From the NCBI GenBank assembly GCA_001179505.1, contig CDMY01000657.1, forward strand, positions 1-35,762: 35,762 bases of DNA, read 5' to 3'. Both the position numbers and the translations under genes were made by a program. Source of the stretch: Vitrella brassicaformis CCMP3155. Lineage: Eukaryota; Protista; Chromerida. Every line of letters starts with the position of its first letter. Position 1 is the stretch's first letter. Below are positions 10,613-19,452 of this stretch, piece after piece. A model generated the notes under the pieces. It was not told the DNA's origin. It worked only from the letters and a program-made list of their open reading frames with translations, and did no database searches.

Positions 10613-13539
10613 TCACTGGTCGATCAGCAAGCTGACATTAGGTGCCTGCGGTAGATACACACTGCCGGCAGGGGCCTGCGGCACCACCACGCTCCCTGCC
10701 GGTGCAGCAGGCATCGCAGCACTCACGTTGGGCGCGCTCGGAAAGAACATACTGTCGGCTGCTGTCGGCATGGCCATGCTGACATTGGGCGCTTTCGGCA
10801 GGAACACACTGCCGGCAACAGCCGGCATGGCTACCCCTGCGGCCGGTGCGGGCGGCATGGCGACAGAGGCGCCAGGTGCGGGGGGCATGACGATGCTGCT
10901 CTCTATCTCTCCCCACAGCTCGTCGGATGAACTTTGGTTCCTCTCGGCGGCCTCAGTGTGCTTATGGTGAAGTGCCGATGCCGGTGGACCTGTGGCCGTC
11001 TGGCGCTCCAGCTCCTCCATCATTTCTTCCGTCAACAACCGCCTACACACACACACACACACACACAGAAAGATGGAAGAGAGACACCCATGCAAGACTA
11101 GCGCTCGTGTGATGTGCTGACCAGTCGGTGAATGGCTCTCCGGGAATCAGCGTGTGAAAGATATGTTGACGAGCCTCGATGTCCTCCTTGTCACCGTAGA
11201 CGATGGCGGTCTTGACCTTCTCCTCGCTGCTCACCGCACTGCAGTCCAGCCACCGGAGGTGCGGCAGCCGATGAATGACCTGCATGCGGTACGCTGGCAC
11301 ATTCTCTATCGCCATTGGGGTCAGGAACAAATCGGTCAGCAATGGTAGCTTCGCCAATAGCTCCAGCTGTGCATACACATTTAAGGCGATGACGGAGAGA
11401 CAAAGGTGTCTCTGGCTGGCTCGTTGTCTATTCTCGCTCACTTGGGCGGGATGCGTGAAACGGTTGTTGCAGAGGTGCAGGGTGATGAGTTGTGCGTGTT
11501 GGCTGCCAAGCCCCTCTACCGAGTCGAGCATGTTGTCGCGGACATTGAGCTCACGCAGCTTGGTCAGCCGGCAGACACCTCCCTTCCCCTCAGCTGCCCC
11601 GCCCTCAGCACCACCCGCCAGGCTGACCAGCTGGTTGCCGCTCACGTGCAGCTCCTCGATGTTCAGATCATCCAAATTGTCAACGTAACGCAGCTGGTTC
11701 TCTGCCATTAAATGACACGAGGGAGGGGAAGATGCAAACGAGCCACGCACGCACGGACAGACATTTGGTGGGTTCATCCGTGGTCGCGTGCACCTGAGAG
11801 GTCGAGTGCTGTGAGGCCCTTGTTGGCGGCCAGGCCCTCAGAGATGGCAGAGATCATATTCCCGCGAAGATTCAGCTCTCTGGACAGACACAGACAGAGA
11901 AGCCATGAACCGCCATACATACATACTGAGAGGCCGACCTGGCCACATGTGTGTCGTTTGCTTTCCGTGTCTCTGTCTGTCACCTGAGGAATCTGTGGCT
12001 GGAGAAGTCGCCAATGGCCGTGATGTAGTTATATGAGAGGTCGACCACCTCCAGCCGCTGTGAGAAATGAAACCCGATAGAGCGCCGCAACATGTTGTGG
12101 CTCGCATTGACGTGACGCAGACGTACAAGCGGATACAGCGAGCAGAGCGACCTGATGCCAACACGCCGCCCACGCGCAAGAGACGCGAGTCAGTCAGTCC
12201 AAAAGGCACACAGCCACCTGCCTTCCTGACGTACCCACCTGAGCCGATTGTGCGAGACATCGACGTACTGCAGGTTGATGAAGGCCTCCAGGGGATCGAT
12301 TGTCGTCAACCCCATATCACCAAGGTCAGCCTGAAAGCCACACAAACGAAGGATAGTCGTGTATGTGCATGACTTACTGACTCCCCCCTTCCCCCACCTA
12401 CCCACCCTGAGATAGGCGTGCGATCCGTCGGGTGTCGGTCCAAGCAGTGACAGCCGGGATGGAATGTCGGCCACGGTCAGCGGTGTCTCATCGGCCTCCA
12501 TCACCACCATTTCATCCAAATTCTTCAGACGGTCGATCTGCATGGAACAACGACAAAAGAATTTATGGGAGGGGGGGGGGGACTTGTGCGTAGAGACACT
12601 CTTTAGAACGGAGCTCACCCTCAGAAGGCCGGATGTGCCATCCACGGCAGACGGCGGCCGGCGGTCGAAGTCTCGCTGCAGCTGCTCTAGCCGCTGGTCC
12701 TCAAGTTCACGAGCCGCTAACCTGATTAATCATCATCGCACTAGCGATCAGCGGCTTCCATGACGGATGTCCCTGTGTGTACGATCCTACCTCTGTCTCT
12801 TCTCCTGCTCAAGTGCATGTCGGTGTCCACGTGCCAGCTCTGCCATCTTCCTGAGTACGTCCCCCATAGTTGTCGCTGGTGTCATGCCCCCACCGGCCGC
12901 AGGTGCCTCGCTCGGTGACACACAGCACTCCAGGTATCCCTGTGCACCAATCTCCCTCAGCAAGTGGCGAATGGTCTCGTCGTCGGCTGGCTGACCCTTC
13001 GACATAGCGGCGTGGGTGTCCACGAGCCTCACGAGCATCACAGGGACCGTCAGCCCCATTCCTCGCAGCATAGGCACCCACTTGTCGCGAATCCGGCAGT
13101 AGTCAACAGGCGATGAGTGGATGAATGCTAGCGCCTCGGTGACTCTCAGGACAGGGTAGTTCTGCCTCCCCACTCTCCCACCCACGTCAAGGGCCGCCGC
13201 AGAGGCACCCTCTGACTCGACTCCTGCCTGCACCGAACGGGTTGCATCTGACTCAGCGACCTCTTCTTCTCTCCACGCTCTGTAGTCGAACACTCTCACC
13301 GACACCGTCTCCTCCGCTTTGCCGTGAGCCGCCTGTGTGCCTCGGGAGGAGACTACCACATCGGTCTTGAATGAGGGAAGCGATGATTTGGACGTGAGCT
13401 GCTCGGGGACCTCGATGGGCTGTGTGCGGTCGCGGCTCTTGGCGAAGGGATGCAGGGGGATGAGGGCTCTCGTCTGCGCTGACTGGACCTCCTCGCTCGA
13501 CGCGAAGAAACACAGACGGTACTCGTCATCAAACGACAT
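10613..13539 (-). CDS. Rho/Ras-like pseudo-GTPase domain + coiled coil + LRGUK/LRRC23-like leucine-rich repeats + Pro/Ala-rich repeat tail
   Basis: Phase-consistent exons 13539-12791, 12721-12619, 12537-12406, 12330-12239, 12151-11984, 11879-11794, 11701-11442, 11366-11122, 11042-10613. GTPase-like segments: [39 protein letters not shown]. LRRs: LQYVDVSHNRL, LRHVNASHNML, LEVVDLSYNYI, LRELNLRGNMI, LTALDLSENQL, IEELHVSGNQL, LRELNVRDNML, LITLHLCNNRF. LRR cap: YRMQVIHRLPHLRWLD..EEKVK. Confidence 0.8.
10630..10870 (-). repeat. Imperfect coding tandem repeat (MP..A.GS.(F/Y)LP.APNVS-type units)
   Basis: The APNVS-encoding block recurs at about 10632, 10722 and 10779 (spacings of 90 and 57 nt, both multiples of 3). 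Confidence 0.75.
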
Positions 13540-13789
13540 GCCGGCTGCCGCCGCCAGGGGGAAGCACGCCTGACAGACGCCTTGCAATGGGGGCCTTTGC
13601 AATGCTTAAGCTCGCGGCCCCCAGCGTCTTGTCGTCTCCGTTGGATGGAGCCTGAACCTGTGAGGGATCCACTGCGCCAACAAGGCTCATGTGGTACCCC
13701 CAAATCCATCACTTAACTAAGGATCATGATCGCTTGCCAATGTACTGTGGCGGGGGCTCTGTACTCAGACGTGTTGCGCACTTCAGAGG

Positions 13790-16700
13790 ATGGGAGCGAG
13801 CATTCAGCAAGCATCCCTTCCCCACCCGACCTTCAACTTGACACCCTCGTGTCAAGACACATATTCAGGCAAGCAAGGAAGAAGAGACGGCAACAATGCA
13901 CAAACGTTGCACATTCATGCTTTCAGGGACCTTCAGCATGACCTCTCCCGGGTGCAGTCCTATCCAACGAAGCTGCCTACATCTGCCGTTACACCACAGA
14001 AGCTGGAGCTGAGGCGGCGACTCGTCCAGCAGCACACAAAGCCGCCCCCGAAGCTCAGATCACGACCGGCCAACCCCACGGCTGCTGACAGCCGACGACC
14101 GCAAGACAAGGGAGGGGGAGTCGTCAGCGAGCATGGGTCCAAGGCTCGGGGAGTCAATAAGAGAGACAAGGCGATTGACAGCCCCCCATCGCCGCCCCAG
14201 CATGTACGGCCTGGGCGTGCCGACGGTCCTCTCAAGGGGGCTGGTGACGGCGATGTGTTCGCGAGCGTGGTCAAGAGACTCAGACTCGTGGAAAAAGAAA
14301 ATGCCGAACTGAAGACAAGGCTGGCGGACAAGGTGTGGATGAGAACCGTCAATTTTGCTTGTGGTCAACCCTTCTTGCATGGTGCAGGAGAAGGACCTCG
14401 CGGCGATGTGCGAGAGGGAGCGATTCCGTGAAGACATGTTTGACGGTTCCGTAGCAACCGATGCAAATGTTGAGAGGGATGATGGCGGTGCGGTCCGTTT
14501 GGCGTACAAGTATTTGGAAGAGAAGAAACAGCTGAAGAATGAGGTACACAGGTGAGGGACGCCTCCGTTCCCGGACTATGGGACACCCAACCATCTCTCT
14601 GATGTGCAGCTGGCAATTATGCGCAAGTACTTGGCATCCTATGGAGTGACATGGAATGAAGGCGGGCGAGACACCGATCTAAGGGCAGCAGATGAGCTGT
14701 CCATCGCCAGCCTTGGGTATCAGGGGGAGTTTGATGCTGAAAGGGCGCTGCAGGACCTCAAACAGACCGAACGTGAAGGAAGAGACCAAAGGTGAGACGA
14801 TACTCGCTCCTTTCGGGGAACAAGCGGTGGATACTGCATGCTGTCTCAATCATTTGCTGCTCCTCTCAGGTTCCGTCCTCCTTCGTTGTTGGATAAGGGC
14901 CACCCCGTTCAGCGTCATCGGCGTCTCCACCTGAACCGATGCGTCTCCAACCCTCCGGAAAACAGCGACACGCCCGCCCCCGCTGCACCCTTCCCCCCGC
15001 CCCTGTCTGCACGGGGGCCTAGGGAGAAACCTCACGCACCGCCATCATACATGGGCGGCAAACGGTGGTATCCGCCAAGACATATCGGCCCCCTGCAGCC
15101 ACTGGATAACGAGGGTGCTGCTGCTGCTGGAGTTTCGGATGTGCTGCTATCACCAATTCATGAGGAGCGCTCATCGGCTCACGAGCATGCGCTGGTCGAC
15201 TTCAACAGAATACAGCGGGCGGTGGCTGAGCTCAACCTCATGGCCGGTGGGTGCGTCAGCGCTTGCAATGAGAGCTGGCTGTCGGTCTCCCCACTGACGT
15301 GTCTCCTTTGTATGCAGGCGAGGATGAGCCAGCAGATGCAGCAGACGATAGAGAAGAATCCGATCTCTTTGTGCAGTCCTACGGCATCATGCGTCTCCGC
15401 CACTCACCCAAGCCTGCTGCTGCTGGCCCCTCACTTCCTCTCATCTTCTACTCGAATGGTCTTCATCTGGATCCTTTGCACCGGCCGTTCTACCCGTATT
15501 CCCATCCGCAGAGTCAGCAGATCCTGCGAGACATACTGGAGGGCTACTTCCCATCTGTGCTGCAGCAGACGTATCCTGAAGGAGGTGAGGACGCCACCAA
15601 GAACCTCACGACACAATACGCAGACGTACGTCGCATGACATATCCTTCACGCCCATCTTGTGTATCAGTTGCCCTTGCTCCCATAGACAAGACGCTGACA
15701 GAGTACCGCCCCGACGCTTCTGCAGTCACTGCGAACTTGCGCGACACGGCCGGCTCGCGAGTGTGTTATGGTGATCAATGGCGCAGGTTCCCTGAGGTAG
15801 CCCCACTCATCGAGCGTCAGCAGCAGCCGCACATCGACCAGGGACTCAGACGAGTCACTAACAAATCCAACAAGGTAATTTGCTCACAGAAACAGGAGAG
15901 TTTTAAACTTGGCGCGTACGCTTTGCTCTTCAGGATCAATTTCTGCAGCGGCTACCGAAGCGTGTCATACGAGGGGGTAAGCAACCTAAGAAAATCGAGC
16001 CATCTTCGTTTTGTGTGTCCGTGTCTGCACGTGTTGGATGGATGGATGGATCGATGCATGGCGTGTATGCAGGGGTGATAGTGGAAGTGCGTTCTGAGAT
16101 AGCTCGGCAGCTGGACCACCAGCCCCTGCCCAACATTCTCCATCACACGCCGAGGCAAGGCAGCCAGCAGCAGAGGAGAGAACAGTGCGCACGGGCCGCA
16201 GACGCGCGGATTGGGAGTGGTGCTGTCGCTCCTGACACGGATAGCGAAAGGCAACGCAGGCTGCGCATCCAAAAGGAGCCGAGAAGGACCCCTGCCCATC
16301 ATGGGCTGAGGAATGGTGTACGGCTGCGTGTGCAGTGCAGGGGCTGGGACGAAATTCCGCCGACAACAGCGCCGCTGGAGATCGAATATGATGTAAGGAT
16401 GTGTCAGTGTATGTCTCCGGCCTGTGTGTGATGGATGTGTGTTCTGCATGCAGTCAGCGTCTTGGTCTAGAGCCACCATCGAGGAGCTTATCAGCGCCGT
16501 CCTTGACAACCGGTGAGTAACCGAGGGATGCTCAGCAACTCACACAGTGAGGAATGACTATTGTGATGTTGCTCAGGTGCGATTGGGTGAGACAGGGCTC
16601 ATCGGCCTGTGATTTGGTGTTCCCATCTGTGAGGCCGCCCCACGTCGTCTCACGCATCACACTCGCAAGAGACGCGGGTGGAGACACATCGACAGTGGCG

Positions 16701-16875
16701 AGCGGTCAATGGAAATTGCTTTCTTCGATCCTACAAGGTGCGGTGCGTGTGACATACACACGCACATCCGCACGCGCATGGATACACCATGGCCCGCGTA
16801 CGTATCGTGCGTGTGCTCTTGTGGTGTGCTGCAGATGCACGGGGGTCGTATGCGGTGTACTTCAGCCTCTTCTGA
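13790..16875 (+). CDS. UBXN11: UBXN11/Socius-like p97 adaptor (coiled coil + SEP domain + probable divergent UBX)
   Basis: Multi-exon. Family-like motifs MRKYLASYGVTW, LVDFNRIQRAVAELN, LIFYSNGLHL...PFYPYSHPQSQQILRDILEGYFPSVLQQTYPEG (SEP) and DQFLQRLPKRVIRGGVIVEVR match my recollection of UBXN11. Start may instead be 13726 with a GC-AG intron. Last exon DARGSYAVYFSLF* ends at 16875. Confidence 0.8.
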
Positions 16876-17147
16876 CTGACCAGCTAATTATTTAGCTAGC
16901 CAGCAGAATGATGTGACATCAAATGTCTGAGCGACAGACACGTCATTAAGGACTAACGGTGTCATTGATGGGTGTGTCTCCGTGCCCTGAAGACATGGCC
17001 TATTCACCGTCTTCCACACACAGCCAACCACAGTGGAGATGCATCAAAATTTGAGACAGACAGCATCCACCAACCGAGGGTCGTCATCACTCCCGCCCTT
17101 TATGCTCCAAGCCCCTCTCCCGTGTCCCACCCTTGACCTCTCAGCCT

Positions 17148-19340
17148 CTACTGATGGCCCCATCCTCTTTTGCACCCGCTCTGTCTGGCATCTAGTGCAT
17201 GACAAGGCGCGATGGATGCAGCTGGCGGTGCGGGGATGGTGGAAGGGGGCGGATTCTCTCTCGCTTCACGGCACTTGTTAGTCTTTTTGACGCGGCCCGG
17301 CCCTTCCCATGGAGCCCGCTGCCTATTGTGGATGCCGTAGGACTCATCGAGCCGATAAAGCATCGCCGATGCATCCTGACTAAGACCATGACCTGTACAC
17401 AAGGCGAGGCGCACTATGACTCTGACAAGCCCTTGAGTTTGCATCGATCCTTTCGTCCTCACCGAGTCTTCTTGGCCATAAATCCCTCGCCTTGCTCCGG
17501 ACCAGCTCATCCGCCCACCAGCCTTGGTGTCTCGGCCTGGCTTGTCTGTCGTAGCTGCTGGCGCTGCCACTGTCGCAAGCCGAAGAATCTCGAATCGACG
17601 ACGCCCGGCTAAGACTGCTGGCAGGGGGCGGTGCGTGACTACGACGCACATCTGAGCAGTCAGTTTCATGCTGCTCTGAGGGACAAATTGTACAAGATCA
17701 ACCACTGTGTACTAGCGTGCATGCCGCCTACGTATATTGTAGAGGTCTCTGTGCTTGGCCCTCGACCCCTTAGGTGTAGCATCGACGACAAAAGGGGACT
17801 GCATCGACCCAAAAAACAAATCGCCATATGGACCCCTGTATAAATCGACACAGGCTTACCTTTGAGCGACATTTGAGGCGGCAAGCTGGCAGATTCAGCC
17901 GAGCAGCCAAGGCACTGAATGGACCGACACATGGATATAGGACGGATGTGTCCACGGACACCTTTGCAGGTAACCTACTGAATGTTCTGGGGGGGCAGCG
18001 ATTGCACAAGGCCGCCAAATAGGTAACTGAGGCGACCGTAAACGCGCTCATCAATGGAAAGAAGGAATACTTGGTTCTGCCTGACCCCACCGGATTTGCC
18101 TGGCACTCGTTTCAGCTCTGCTACGTCGCCATCAACGGCATCGACCTCATAATGCGGGTCTGATAGACCCTCCTGCCAGGAGACACGACCAGAAGCTGAG
18201 CCGGTGATGATGTGCCGATGCGTCACCCGCACCTGGAGACTCCTCCCCTGGGCATCGCACTCCAGCTGCCGGCGCACACGACGCAGCGTACGCACATTCT
18301 GCACGCTCACACAGAGAAACGAAGGAAACATTGCATGCATAGGTGCTAGCTATGACCCATGGATTCAGGGTTGCACCTTTCGTATCTCGGAGTCATTCAA
18401 ACTCGGCACGTCTGCAATCACAGGGAAATCGCCGTTTGATCACACACAGACAGGCAGCAAGGCTTCACGCAGGCAGGATGTGGAGCAGGGCAGGCGGGGC
18501 CCTGTTGTTGTGAGCATTACCACCGTCGCCAACTGTGTTGTGTGCTGAGGGCACTGCTGATGAGCAAGTAGCTGCTGAGGGTGAGACACGGCTCTGAACA
18601 CAGTGGCAATGGAATGACAATGTGGAAGAAAGTCATGCCCATCCGATGGGTGCAATCAATCTTGCCTGTCTCTCGAGGCCATCCAGAAGGGTCTGCAATG
18701 GGAGTACTGGGCCTTCACTCTCTTCTTCAACTTCGACCTGCAACACACACATGCATACATATGCAAACCTGTTCCACTCTTGGGTATACATTGCGTACAC
18801 CCGAGGCAGTGGCGTCATCACTTCCAATCTTCATGCCCTCCCTTATTTGCATGAGCCGGTCGGCAGTCTTGGCCAGCTCACTGCCATTGAAGGTCCGCCA
18901 CAAACAAAAACCATCGACGCGAGACACCATGAAGAGAAATAGATACATGTGCACTTCGCTGTGTGTACCGATGGCGGCTTACTGCTGGTGCTGCCGGAGC
19001 TCTGATGTGACGACTGCATCAGACAAAAGAGCAAGGGAGCCACCGAGACAGCCCTAAACACACAAACACAAACATACGCGCTGAGGGGGATTTTGATCGT
19101 CTCTCTCATGCTGCATGTGTGTTCCTAGCTCACGATGGCTTGATGTACAACAAACAGAGCCGATTTTGTTGTCCTCTCCACTTTCTTTGCAATGCACCGG
19201 CCTTCAAACTCCTCAGAGTCTCCCCCTTTGCCCTTCGGAGACGACGAGTGAGACGGGGCACGAGTTGCGTCAAAATTGGGCATTTCATGAGATTCAAAAC
19301 GTTTCTTTTCCAAATGTACAGAACGCCGTTGTCGATGCAT
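17148..19340 (-). CDS. Hypothetical multi-exon protein; central region possibly a divergent C2-type beta-sandwich
   Basis: A phase-consistent exon chain can be built from 19340 (or 19283) through 19134|19053, a GC-AG intron at 18665-18594 and the exon NVRTLRR...LQVRVTHRH...RVSWQEG...NQVFLLSIDERVYGRLSYLF, to TAG at 17148-17150. No family motif is certain. Confidence 0.55.
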
Positions 19341-19452
19341 ACCCGTCCCTTACGGACCCTCGAGAAGGAGTGTTGCGAGCTCGGGCCCGCCAAAGAAGGC
19401 GATCGAGCAATGAATCGAGGCGTTAATTATCGATGGATAGAGGCTGAGTTTG

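Noticed and set aside
12571-12581. Run of 11 G
   Set aside because: It is intronic and reads as poly-C in the pyrimidine tract on the coding strand; no further structure.
13529-13545. Programmed +1 frameshift at GTT-TGA linking the upstream ORF to the Rho-like ORF
   Set aside because: The main ORF's own ATG (MSFDDEYRL) already aligns with a Ras-like N-terminus, so no recoding is needed.
18980-19053. CLGGSLALLSD resembling the MKS1 C-terminal GGSLEL motif
   Set aside because: It is a short match in the wrong order relative to the other MKS1-like patch and probably coincidental.
19335-19340. Palindromic ATGCAT that could start ORFs on both strands
   Set aside because: The plus gene has a simpler in-frame ATG at 19453 and the minus gene an alternative at 19283. 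A 6-bp palindrome is expected by chance.
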